DNA from: Burkholderiales bacterium
GTDB lineage: Bacteria > Pseudomonadota > Gammaproteobacteria > Burkholderiales > SG8-39
Length of the DNA stretch: 64,000 nucleotides
Direction: 5' to 3'
Assembly (NCBI GenBank): GCA_035286595.1
Contig: DATEDA010000118.1
Coordinates: 1,279 to 65,278, forward strand
Shown here: piece by piece, positions 19,837 to 28,795 of the stretch
How the letters are laid out: each line of letters opens with the position of its first letter
Position numbering within the stretch: position 1 is the first letter of the stretch
Made by a program: the position numbers and the translations under genes
The notes under the pieces: model-generated
Databases searched by the model: none
Told to the model about the DNA's origin: nothing
What the model saw: only the letters and a program-made list of their open reading frames with translations

Positions 19837-20268
19837 ATGGAGCGGCAACGGCTTGCGAACCGGTGGCAATCGGAGCGCTGGGAACCGGTCGAGATCGTCC
19901 CCGACCCGGGCGAGGCCGGGACGCGTCTGCTGATGGAGGACAGCGAGCGTGCGCGATGGTTGCATCCCGGGTTCGCGATCGAGCTCCACCGCGACGAGGC
20001 GGAGGGCTACTACCTCAACCTCACCACGGCGGCGCCCTACGTCTTCGTGATGTGGCGGCTGGAAGACGGCCTGGCGACGCCGAAGGTGGTCACGGTGAGC
20101 TACCACGAGGCCGGGCGCATGATGGACGGCGGCGAGCAGGTCGACGGCGTGCCGATGCCGCCGGGCCTCATGGCGTGGGTGGACGAGTTCGTGCGTACGC
20201 ACTACCGGCCGGAGCCGAAGAAGCAGAGGATCCGGCCGCCGTCGTTCAAGGGCGCGAAGCGAGATTGA
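19837..20268 (+). CDS. DUF3305-like protein
   Basis: [22 protein letters not shown]...[19 protein letters not shown]. From memory this matches the DUF3305 family found beside FDH loci. An upstream GTG at about 19819 is an alternative start. Confidence 0.6.
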   Translation: MERQRLANRWQSERWEPVEIVPDPGEAGTRLLMEDSERARWLHPGFAIELHRDEAEGYYLNLTTAAPYVFVMWRLEDGLATPKVVTVSYHEAGRMMDGGEQVDGVPMPPGLMAWVDEFVRTHYRPEPKKQRIRPPSFKGAKRD

Positions 20269-20272
20269 TTGG

Positions 20273-20836
20273 ATGTCGAGCGAGGGCGACTTCCTGAACC
20301 GCTGGTCGCGGCGCAAGCACGCCGCGCGCCGCGGCGCGGCCTTGCCCGAGCCTGATCCGCCGCCGGCGACTGAAGCTCCGCCTGCTTCGTCGCCATCGAT
20401 GCCGGCAGCAGAGGCGCCTGCGCCGGAGTTGCCACCGGTGGACTCGCTGAAGGGCCTCGAGTCCGAGTACAAGGACTTCCTGCGCCCGGATGTCGATCCC
20501 GCGACGCGGAGTGCCGCGCTGAGAAAGCTCTTCGGCGATCCGCACTTCAACCAGATGGACGGGCTCGACACCTATATCGACGACTACTCGAAGGAAGATC
20601 CGATCCCGCCCGCGATGCTGCGTGCGCTCAACCAGGCGCGCACCCTTGGGCTGTTCGAGAAGGAGGAGCGGGAGGAGGAGGAGGAGAAGAGAAGGGCGGA
20701 AGGTTCCACGACCGAGCCGACCCCCGCCGCGACGCCGACGGAAACGACCGCGCTGGAGCCGCCTGCCGAGCCGCCGTCCGTCGAACCGACTGCACCGTCA
20801 CCAGCCGAGCAGACCACGAAGACGTCGGGGGCGTGA
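20273..20836 (+). CDS. DUF3306-like protein
   Basis: N-terminal FLNRWSRRK, Pro/Ala/Glu-rich spacers, and a conserved core YKDFLRPDVDP...LFGDPHFNQMDGLDTYIDDY. The family call is from memory. Confidence 0.6.
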   Translation: MSSEGDFLNRWSRRKHAARRGAALPEPDPPPATEAPPASSPSMPAAEAPAPELPPVDSLKGLESEYKDFLRPDVDPATRSAALRKLFGDPHFNQMDGLDTYIDDYSKEDPIPPAMLRALNQARTLGLFEKEEREEEEEKRRAEGSTTEPTPAATPTETTALEPPAEPPSVEPTAPSPAEQTTKTSGA

Positions 20837-20837
20837 G

Positions 20838-22922
20838 ATGGCGCTCGACGACAAGACGCTGAAAGTCTGCAACTGCAACCGCACGATGGCGCTCGATGCC
20901 AAGGCGCTCGGGGCCGCGTTGCAGCTGCGCTCGCCCCTCACGATCCACACCGAACTGTGCCGCAAGGAGGTGGCGGAGTTCGGCGCGGCGCTCGCCGGCG
21001 GCGAGTGCGTCGTGGCGTGCACCCAGGAGGCGCCGCTCTTTGCCGAGCTGAACGAGCAGGCGGGCGCCAAGACCGACCTCAGGTTCGTGAACATCCGCGA
21101 GGTGGCCGGGTGGTCAGCCGAGGGCGACAAGGCGACGGCGAAGATCGCCGCGCTCCTGGCGCTCGCCGAGCTGCCGGAGCCGGAGCCGGTGCCGAGCGTC
21201 TCCTACCAGTCGAACGGACAGCTCCTCGTGATCGGACCGGCGGACGTGGCCGTGCAATGGGCGGAGCGGCTGGCCGGCGAGCTCGAGGTGAGCGCATTGA
21301 TCACCACTTCGCGCGGCGGCGAACTCCCGCTCGAGCGGCGCTACCCGGTCTGGTCGGGCCGGGTGAAGTCGATCACGGGCTGGCTCGGCGCGTTCGAGGT
21401 CGAGTGGGAACAGACGAACCCGATCGACCTCGACGTCTGCACCCGCTGCAACGCCTGCATCCGCGCCTGTCCGGAAAGCGCGATCGATTTCACCTATCAG
21501 ATCGACCTGGACCGGTGCAAGGCGCACCGCGAGTGCGTCAAGGCGTGCGGGCCGGTCAACGCGATCGACTTCGAGCGCCAGGAGCGCGCCCACCACGAGC
21601 GCTTCGATCTCGTTCTCGATCTCTCCGCCACGCCGATCCTGAAGGTGCCGCAGAAGCCGCAGGGCTATCTCGCGCCCGGCCGCGACCCGCTGGACCAGGC
21701 GCTCGCCGCGGCCGAGCTCGCCCGCCTGGTGGGCGAGTTCGAGAAGCCGAAGTTCTTCGCCTACAACGAGCGGATCTGCGCGCACGGCCGGTCCGGCAAG
21801 GTGGGCTGCACCGCCTGCATCGACGTGTGCTCGACCAACGCCATCTCGGCCGACGGCGACAAGGTCAAGGTCGAACCCCATCTTTGCGCCGGCTGCGGCG
21901 GGTGCGCGACCGTCTGCCCGTCCGGCGCGATGACGTACGCGAGTCCCCGGGTCCCGGACCTGGGCGCTCGGCTGAAGCGGCTGCTCGCCGTCTACGGACG
22001 GGCCGGCGGCCGGGACGCCGCGATCCTGTTGCACAATGCGACCGACGGTCGGGATCTGATCGCACGCCTCGCGCGGCGCGGGAAAGGGCTTCCGGCGCGC
22101 GTGATCCCGCTCGAGTTGTTTCACGTCGCCTCCGCAGGGATCGATACGCTGCTCGCCGCGATCGCCTACGGGGCAAGCCAGGTACTCGTTCTGGCGTGCG
22201 GGACCGAAGCGGACGAATACGGCGCCGCGATCGAGCGGCAGATGGGGTACGCGCAGGCGATTCTGAACGGCCTCGGTTACACCGGCACCCATTTCCGGTT
22301 CGTTCACGCGGCCGATCACGGCGCGCTCGAGCGCGCCGTGTGGGAGCTCGCGCCGGCACGAACCGTGGCGCGGCCGGCGACCTTCAACCTCTCGCCCGAG
22401 AAGCGCACGACGCTCGAGTTCATCTTCGGCCACCTGGCGGGGGAGGCTCCGACGCCGCGCGACGAGGTGCCGCTCGGGGCCGGTGCGCCCTACGGCCGCG
22501 TCGACGTCAACAAGCAGACCTGTACGCTCTGCATGGCGTGCGTCGGCGCCTGTCCCGAGTCGGCCCTGGTCGACGGCCGGGACACCCCCGCCCTCAAGTT
22601 CATCGAGCGGAACTGCGTGCAGTGCGGGCTGTGCGTCACCACCTGTCCCGAGAACGCGCTCGCGCTCGTCCCGAGGTTGCTGCTCTCCCCGGTCGCCAAG
22701 CAGGAGGTCGTTCTCAACGAAGCCGAACCGTTCAGCTGCGTGCGCTGCGGGAAGCCGTTCGGGACCCGGCAGATGATCGACGTGATGCTGGGCCGGCTGG
22801 GCACCCATTCGATGTTCGCGGCCGAAGGCGCGCTGCGACGCCTGCAGATGTGCGCCGACTGTCGCGTGATCGACATGATGGAGAACAAGGACGAGGCATC
22901 GATCCTCGACCCGAAACAATGA
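20838..22922 (+). CDS. Large cytoplasmic 4Fe-4S polyferredoxin (694 aa)
   Basis: Canonical motifs CTRCNACIRACP, CAGCGGCATVCP, CTLCMACVGACP and CVQCGLCVTTCP, degenerate motifs CKAHRECVKACGP and C..GCTACIDVC, and a terminal CVRC...CADC pair. No signal peptide. The ATG lies 1 nt after the previous stop. Confidence 0.8.
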   Translation: MALDDKTLKVCNCNRTMALDAKALGAALQLRSPLTIHTELCRKEVAEFGAALAGGECVVACTQEAPLFAELNEQAGAKTDLRFVNIREVAGWSAEGDKATAKIAALLALAELPEPEPVPSVSYQSNGQLLVIGPADVAVQWAERLAGELEVSALITTSRGGELPLERRYPVWSGRVKSITGWLGAFEVEWEQTNPIDLDVCTRCNACIRACPESAIDFTYQIDLDRCKAHRECVKACGPVNAIDFERQERAHHERFDLVLDLSATPILKVPQKPQGYLAPGRDPLDQALAAAELARLVGEFEKPKFFAYNERICAHGRSGKVGCTACIDVCSTNAISADGDKVKVEPHLCAGCGGCATVCPSGAMTYASPRVPDLGARLKRLLAVYGRAGGRDAAILLHNATDGRDLIARLARRGKGLPARVIPLELFHVASAGIDTLLAAIAYGASQVLVLACGTEADEYGAAIERQMGYAQAILNGLGYTGTHFRFVHAADHGALERAVWELAPARTVARPATFNLSPEKRTTLEFIFGHLAGEAPTPRDEVPLGAGAPYGRVDVNKQTCTLCMACVGACPESALVDGRDTPALKFIERNCVQCGLCVTTCPENALALVPRLLLSPVAKQEVVLNEAEPFSCVRCGKPFGTRQMIDVMLGRLGTHSMFAAEGALRRLQMCADCRVIDMMENKDEASILDPKQ

Positions 22923-23545
22923 CCGGCGAGGCGACGCCCCACGCCGCGCCCGTTGAGGTGGCGCCCGAGGACCAGGCCCGGGCCGAGTTCTACGCGCTGC
23001 TCGGCCGGCTCTGGTACGCCGCGCCCGACCAGGTGCTCCTCGATGCGATCGCCAATGCCCCGCCGCTCACGGCCGAGGGCGCCCACGGGGCGCTGGCCGA
23101 GGCCTGGCGCCAGCTGCAGGCCGCGGCGGCGGCGGCCGATCCCGCAGCTGTAGCCGACGAATACGACGCCGTGCTCGTGGGAGTAGGCAAGGCGGAAGTC
23201 ACTCCTTACGTCTCGCACTATCTCGTCGAGACGGGCAGGGAACGAGTCCTTGTTGCGCTGCGAGACGAGATGGCGGAGCTCGGGCTGGGACGTGTTGGTG
23301 CAACGCACGAGCCCGAAGACCACTTTGCGGCGCTATGCGAAGTGATGCGGCATCTCGTCGGGGAGGGCGCCGGTGATGCTGCGATGCAGCAGCAAAAGAA
23401 CTTCTTCACTCGCTATATGAACCGCGCTTACAATCCGCTTACCGATCAGGTGACCGCCTCCAGCAAAACAAGCTTCTATAAGCATGTCGCGCGCTTCACG
23501 AAAGCGTTCTGCGACGTGGAGGCGGCTTCTTTAGACATGCTCTAA
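22919..23545 (+). CDS. TorD/DmsD-family redox-enzyme maturation chaperone
   Basis: 208 aa with EPEDHFAALCEVMRHL (the TorD-family E-P-x-D-H block). ATGA overlap with the polyferredoxin stop. Confidence 0.7.
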   Translation: MTGEATPHAAPVEVAPEDQARAEFYALLGRLWYAAPDQVLLDAIANAPPLTAEGAHGALAEAWRQLQAAAAAADPAAVADEYDAVLVGVGKAEVTPYVSHYLVETGRERVLVALRDEMAELGLGRVGATHEPEDHFAALCEVMRHLVGEGAGDAAMQQQKNFFTRYMNRAYNPLTDQVTASSKTSFYKHVARFTKAFCDVEAASLDML

Positions 23546-23566
23546 CTCCCCAGAAGGAGACGAACG

Positions 23567-23764
23567 ATGTCGAACTCCAGGACCAGGACGAGCCGCAGGA
23601 ACTTCCTCCTCGCGGTCGGAGCCGGCGGTGCCGCGACGGTCGCTGCGATCGGCGCGAAGACCCTTCCCCAGGCGGAGAAGAGCGACGCGAAGAAGGAGCC
23701 TCAGGGCTCCGGCTATCGCGTGTCCGAGCACATCCGCAACTACTACCGCACGACGCTGGTCTAG
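23567..23764 (+). CDS. Small twin-arginine (Tat) signal protein of FDH loci
   Basis: 65 aa. SRRNFLLAVGAGGAATVAA Tat leader. RBS GAAGGAGA upstream. Sits directly ahead of fdhA. Confidence 0.7.
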   Translation: MSNSRTRTSRRNFLLAVGAGGAATVAAIGAKTLPQAEKSDAKKEPQGSGYRVSEHIRNYYRTTLV

Positions 23765-23780
23765 AGCGAAGGAGAGCGCC

Positions 23781-26765
23781 ATGCTGCTGACGAGAAAATC
23801 CTCCGTCGCCGCCGTCCCGCAATCGCGCCTCGCGCGCAGCCTCTCCGGCGCGCTCGCGCGCACCATGGACCGGCGCGCGTTCCTGAAGCGCACCGGCGTG
23901 GTGGCCGGCGCCGGGGCGTTCGCGAGCCAGCTGCCGTTCAACCTGATCGGCAAGGCCGAGGCGCAGGAGAAGACGGTCGCCGGCGGCAAGGTCGAGGTGA
24001 AGCGCAGCGTCTGTACGCACTGTTCGGTCGGCTGTGCGATCGACGCCGTCGTGCAGAACGGCGTGTGGGTGCGGCAGGAGCCGGTGTTCGACTCGCCGCT
24101 CAACCTCGGCGCGCACTGCGCCAAGGGCGCCTCGGTGCGCGAGCACGGCATGACCGAGAACTCGCATCGCCTGAAGTACCCGATGAAGCTGGTGAACGGC
24201 AAGTACCAGCGCCTCTCCTGGGACCAGGCCCTCGACGAGATCACCAAGAAGATGGAGGCGCTCCGCAAGGAGTCCGGCCCCGACGCCGCGTACTTCGTCG
24301 GCTCCTCGAAGCACAACAACGAGCAGGCGATGCTGTTGCGCAAGTTCGTGTCGCTGTGGGGCACGAACAACTGCGACCACCAGGCGCGCATCTGCCACTC
24401 GACCACCGTCGCCGGCGTGGCCAACACCTGGGGCTACGGGGCGATGACCAACTCGTACAACGACGAGCAGAACTCCAAGTGCATTCTGTTCTTCGGCTCG
24501 AACGCCGCCGAGGCGCACCCGGTGTCGATGCTGCACACGCTGCACGCCAAGGAGTCGGGCGCGAAGGTGGTCGTGGTCGACCCGCGGTTCACGCGGACCG
24601 CGGCCAAGGCCGACACCTATTACCGCATCCGTTCCGGCACCGACGTCGCGTTCCTGTGGGGAATGCTGTACCACATCTTCAAGAACGGCTGGGAGGACAA
24701 GGCGTACATCCAGGCCCGCGTCTACGGGATGGACAAGGTCAGAGAAGAGGTCATGAAGTGGACGCCGGACGTGGTGCAGGACGTCACCGGCATGCCCGAG
24801 GAGCAGGTGCGGCACGTGGCGGAGCTGATGGCGAAGAACCGTCCGAGCACCATCGTCTGGGCGATGGGCCAGACCCAGCACACCAACGGCAACGCGATCG
24901 TCCGCGCAAGCTGCATCCTGCAGCTCGCGCTCGGGAACGTCGGCGTGTCGGGCGGCGGGACCAACATCTACCGCGGCCACGACAACGTGCAGGGCGCGAC
25001 CGACGTCGGGCCGAACCCCGACTCGCTGCCGGGCTACTACGGCATCGCGACCGGCTCCTGGAAGCACTGGTGCCGCGTGTGGAACGTCGACTACGAGTGG
25101 CTGAAGGGCCGCTTCGCGAGCCAGGCGATGATGGAGAAGCCCGGCATCACGGTGTCGCGGTGGATCGATGGCGTCCTCGAAAAGAACGAGAACATCGACC
25201 AGGATCCGAACATCCGCGCGATGTACTACTGGGGCCACGCGCCGAACTCGCAGACCCGCGGGCTCGAGATGAAGATGGCGATGGACAAGCTCGACCTCCT
25301 CGTCGTCATCGACCCGTACCCGTCGGCGACCGCGGCGATGGCGGCGATGCCCAAGGCCGCGGACGCGAAGTACGAGGTCAACCCCAACCGCGACGTCTAC
25401 CTGCTGCCGGCGGCGACGCAGTTCGAGACCGACGGCTCGGCCACCGCGTCGAACCGCTCGATCCAGTGGCGCGAGAAGGTGATCGAGCCGCTGTTCGAGT
25501 CGCGCTCCGACCAGGCGATCATGTACGCCTTCGCGCAGAAGTGGGGCTTCGCCGACCAGTTCGTCGGCAAGAAGGACGGCAAGCAGAACCTGCGGCTGAT
25601 CAAGACCGCCAAAGGCTATGAAGAGCCCAGCATGGAGGACACGCTCGCGAACGAGATCAACCGCGGCACCTGGACGATCGGCTACACCGGTCAGACGCCC
25701 GAGCGGTTGAAGGCGCACATGCGCAACATGCACGTGTTCGACGTGAAGACGCTGCGCGCCAAGGGCGGCAAGGACGCGGCCACCGGGTACGACCTCACCG
25801 GCGACTACTTCGGCCTGCCGTGGCCGTGCTACGGCAACGCGCAGCTGAAGCACCCCGGTTCGCCGAACCTGTACCAGACCTCCAGGAACGTCATGGATGG
25901 CGGCGGCAACTTCCGCGCGAACTTCGGCGTCGAGCGCGACGGCGTGTCGCTGCTGGCCGAAGATGGCTCGGCGTCGAAAGGCGCCGATCTGCCGTTCGGG
26001 TATCCCGAGTTCGACCACGTGCTGCTGAAGAAGCTCGGCTGGTGGGATGAGCTCTCGGACGCCGAGAAGAAGGAGGCGGAGGGCAAGAACTGGAAGACCG
26101 ACCTCTCGGGCGGCATCCAGCGCGTCGTGCTGAAGAACCACAGTTGCCATCCCTTCGGCAACGCGAAGGCGCGGGCGGTGGTCTGGAACTTCCCCGATGC
26201 CGTGCCGCTGCATCGCGAGGCCCTGTACTCGCCGCGGCCCGACCTGGTTGCGAAGTTCCCGACGCACGACGACGTCAAGGTCCTGTGGCGGCTGCCGACG
26301 CTCTTCAAGTCGGTCCAGCAGAAGAACGTGGAAGACAAGGTGGCCGAGAAGTTCCCGCTCATCCTCACGAGCGGGCGGCTGGTGGAGTACGAGGGTGGCG
26401 GCGAGGAGACCCGCTCCAATCCGTGGCTCGCCGAGCTGATGCAGGACAACTTCGTGGAGATCAACCCGAAGGCGGCGGCCGACCGCGGCGTGCGCAACGG
26501 CGAATACGTCTGGGTGAAGAGCCCGACCGGGGCGCGGCTGAAGGTCAAGGCGCAGGTCACCGAGCGGGTCGGTCCCGACACCGTGTTCATCCCGTTCCAC
26601 TTCTCGGGGTGGTGGCAGGGCACCGACATGCTGCCGTACTACCCGGAGGGCGCGGCGCCGATTGTCCGTGGCGAGGCGGTCAACACCGCCACGACCTACG
26701 GCTACGACCGGGTGACGCTGATGCAGGAGACCAAGACCACGCTGTGCCAGGTCGAGCGGGCGTAA
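23781..26765 (+). CDS. Formate dehydrogenase alpha subunit (FdnG-like, periplasmic, Cys-type)
   Basis: Tat motif DRRAFLKRTG, FeS motif CTHCSVGC...HCAKG, and active-site ARICHSTTV with Cys205 (TGC) where E. coli FdnG has Sec. 994 aa. RBS GAAGGAGAG. Confidence 0.9.
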   Translation: MLLTRKSSVAAVPQSRLARSLSGALARTMDRRAFLKRTGVVAGAGAFASQLPFNLIGKAEAQEKTVAGGKVEVKRSVCTHCSVGCAIDAVVQNGVWVRQEPVFDSPLNLGAHCAKGASVREHGMTENSHRLKYPMKLVNGKYQRLSWDQALDEITKKMEALRKESGPDAAYFVGSSKHNNEQAMLLRKFVSLWGTNNCDHQARICHSTTVAGVANTWGYGAMTNSYNDEQNSKCILFFGSNAAEAHPVSMLHTLHAKESGAKVVVVDPRFTRTAAKADTYYRIRSGTDVAFLWGMLYHIFKNGWEDKAYIQARVYGMDKVREEVMKWTPDVVQDVTGMPEEQVRHVAELMAKNRPSTIVWAMGQTQHTNGNAIVRASCILQLALGNVGVSGGGTNIYRGHDNVQGATDVGPNPDSLPGYYGIATGSWKHWCRVWNVDYEWLKGRFASQAMMEKPGITVSRWIDGVLEKNENIDQDPNIRAMYYWGHAPNSQTRGLEMKMAMDKLDLLVVIDPYPSATAAMAAMPKAADAKYEVNPNRDVYLLPAATQFETDGSATASNRSIQWREKVIEPLFESRSDQAIMYAFAQKWGFADQFVGKKDGKQNLRLIKTAKGYEEPSMEDTLANEINRGTWTIGYTGQTPERLKAHMRNMHVFDVKTLRAKGGKDAATGYDLTGDYFGLPWPCYGNAQLKHPGSPNLYQTSRNVMDGGGNFRANFGVERDGVSLLAEDGSASKGADLPFGYPEFDHVLLKKLGWWDELSDAEKKEAEGKNWKTDLSGGIQRVVLKNHSCHPFGNAKARAVVWNFPDAVPLHREALYSPRPDLVAKFPTHDDVKVLWRLPTLFKSVQQKNVEDKVAEKFPLILTSGRLVEYEGGGEETRSNPWLAELMQDNFVEINPKAAADRGVRNGEYVWVKSPTGARLKVKAQVTERVGPDTVFIPFHFSGWWQGTDMLPYYPEGAAPIVRGEAVNTATTYGYDRVTLMQETKTTLCQVERA

Positions 26766-26777
26766 AGGAGACGAACC

Positions 26778-27404
26778 ATGGCGAGAATGAAATTCCTGGT
26801 CGACGCCGAGCGCTGCATCGAGTGCAACGGCTGCGTGACCGCGTGCAAGAACGCGAATGAGGTGCCGTGGGGCGTGAACCGCCGGCGCGTCGTCACGATC
26901 AACGACGGCATTCCGGGCGAGAAGTCGATCTCGGTCGCCTGTATGCACTGCTCGGACGCGCCGTGCATGGCGGTCTGCCCGGTCGACTGCTTCTACCGCA
27001 CCCCGGAGGGCGTCGTCCTGCACGACAAGGACATCTGCATCGGCTGCGGCTACTGCTTCTACGCCTGTCCGTTCGGCGCGCCGCAGTTTCCGCAGGCGGG
27101 AGCGTTCGGCCTGCGCGGCAAGATGGACAAGTGCACGTTCTGCGCCGGCGGTCCCGAGAAGGACAACTCGGCCGAGGAATTCCGCAAGTACGGCTCGAAC
27201 CGTCTGGCGGAGGGGAAGCTGCCGGCCTGCGCCGAGATGTGCTCGACGAAGGCGCTGCTCGGCGGCGACGGGGACGTCATCGCGGACATCTATCGTCAGC
27301 GGGTGTTGAAGCGCGGCAAGGGCTCCGAGGTCTGGGGCTGGGGCACCGCGTACGGCGCGCCCGGCGGCCAGCAGAAGCCCGCCGCGCAGCAGCCGAAGAG
27401 CTGA
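26778..27404 (+). CDS. Formate dehydrogenase beta (4Fe-4S) subunit, lacking a C-terminal anchor
   Basis: CIECNGCVTAC, CMHCSDAPCMAVCP, CIGCGYCFYACP, CTFC...CAEMC. 208 aa. Confidence 0.9.
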   Translation: MARMKFLVDAERCIECNGCVTACKNANEVPWGVNRRRVVTINDGIPGEKSISVACMHCSDAPCMAVCPVDCFYRTPEGVVLHDKDICIGCGYCFYACPFGAPQFPQAGAFGLRGKMDKCTFCAGGPEKDNSAEEFRKYGSNRLAEGKLPACAEMCSTKALLGGDGDVIADIYRQRVLKRGKGSEVWGWGTAYGAPGGQQKPAAQQPKS

Positions 27405-27407
27405 GCG

Positions 27408-27635
27408 ATGCGCGCGCGGACGGCAGTCTTCGCTGCGCTTGCTTCGATTGCCGCACTCGGCATCGCCGGGTGCGGCGACGCACCGCAGGAACTGGCGCAG
27501 AAGGAGCGGCGATACCAGGGCAAGCCCGACACGAACCCCTGGGACAGCCCGCAGTTCGGCGGCAAGCAGGCCGAGTGGGAACGCGCGATCCAGGCGCGGA
27601 CCCAGAACCAGAACGAGTACACGCGGGTCGAGTGA
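27408..27635 (+). CDS. Small putative lipoprotein (75 aa)
   Basis: Lipobox LGIAGC after a hydrophobic leader. Starts 3 nt after the fdhB stop. No family recognised. Confidence 0.5.
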   Translation: MRARTAVFAALASIAALGIAGCGDAPQELAQKERRYQGKPDTNPWDSPQFGGKQAEWERAIQARTQNQNEYTRVE

Positions 27636-27702
27636 TCGAGCCCGCGGTCCGGGGGGATCTCTAGCGAGGGAACAACCCCTCGTTCCGGGAGAAGGAGGAG
27701 GA

Positions 27703-28776
27703 ATGCCCAAAAGATTCTTGCGGCTAGTCGGCGGCACCGCGCTCGCGACGGCACTTGTGTTGCCGCTTGCCGGGACTGCCCAGCAGCCGCCGGCCGACCC
27801 GGCGCAGGAGCGACAGGCGGAGCGCCAGCTCGTGCAGCCCGGCAACAACGCCCCGGTCTGGCGCGGGGTGCAGGCGGGTGAGCCCGGCTACACCTCGATC
27901 AAGGGCCAGGAGACGAACGTCCTCATCCAGCCGGCGATGAGGCTGCCCGGACAGCCGGTGAGTACCGCCGGCGAGGCGTGGCGGCTGTTCCGGAACAACC
28001 TCATCACGCCGATCGGCGGCTGGCTCTTCGCAGCGGTGGTCGCGTTGATCGGGATCTTCTACTGGCTGAAAGGGCCGGTGAAGCTGCACGGGCAGCCGAC
28101 CGGGCGCCTGATCCAGCGCTTCACGGCGTTCGAGCGCTACGCGCATTGGGTCATGGGAATCAGCTTTGCGATTCTCGGAGTGACCGGGCTCATCCTCCTG
28201 CTCGGCAAGTACGTGCTGCTGCCGGTGATCGGGTACACGCTGTTCTCGTGGCTCTCGAGCCTGTCGAAGAATCTGCACAACTTCGTCGGCCCCATTTTCG
28301 CGCTGAGTCTCGTCGTGTTCATCGTCACGTACATCAGGGACAACATCCCCAAGGGATACGACTTCAAGTGGTTCGCGAGCGCCGGCGGCATGTTCGGCGG
28401 CAAGCACGTGCCCTCAGGCCGGTTCAACGCCGGCGAGAAGGGGTGGTTCTGGATCGGCGTCGTCGTGCTCTCGCTGATCGTGAGCATCACCGGGCTGATC
28501 CTCAACTTCCCGAACTTCGACCAGGTCCGGGCGGTGATGATCCAAGCGAACATCATCCACGCGATCGCGGCGATGGCGGTCATCATCCTGGCGGTTGGGC
28601 ACATCTACATGGGCACGATCGGGGTCGAAGGGGCGTACGGCTCGATGCGCTACGGCTACGTCGACGAGGCCTGGGCGAAGGAGCACCACCAGCTCTGGTA
28701 CGAGGACGTGAAATCGGGCAAGGTCAAGGCGGAAACCGCGAAGGGCGTACCGGCCTCCGCGCAGACGCAGCACTGA
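27703..28776 (+). CDS. Formate dehydrogenase gamma (cytochrome b) subunit with an N-terminal periplasmic extension
   Basis: The ATG at 27703 follows GAAGGAGGAGGA. Signal-like N-terminus, then 4 TM helices with conserved His residues (YAHWVMG, LHNFVGP, IHAIAAMAVIILAVGHIYMG). Confidence 0.85.
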   Translation: MPKRFLRLVGGTALATALVLPLAGTAQQPPADPAQERQAERQLVQPGNNAPVWRGVQAGEPGYTSIKGQETNVLIQPAMRLPGQPVSTAGEAWRLFRNNLITPIGGWLFAAVVALIGIFYWLKGPVKLHGQPTGRLIQRFTAFERYAHWVMGISFAILGVTGLILLLGKYVLLPVIGYTLFSWLSSLSKNLHNFVGPIFALSLVVFIVTYIRDNIPKGYDFKWFASAGGMFGGKHVPSGRFNAGEKGWFWIGVVVLSLIVSITGLILNFPNFDQVRAVMIQANIIHAIAAMAVIILAVGHIYMGTIGVEGAYGSMRYGYVDEAWAKEHHQLWYEDVKSGKVKAETAKGVPASAQTQH

Positions 28777-28795
28777 AAGACAAGAGGAGGGGAAT

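Noticed and set aside
24393-24395. Selenocysteine/SECIS in the FDH alpha subunit
   Set aside because: The codon is TGC (Cys) and the ORF has no in-frame TGA, so no recoding is needed.
23496-27848. 1450-aa reverse ORF, the longest in the track
   Set aside because: It lies antisense to the Tat peptide and the FDH alpha/beta genes, which carry unambiguous cofactor motifs. The sequence is low-complexity Arg/Ala/Leu/Val.
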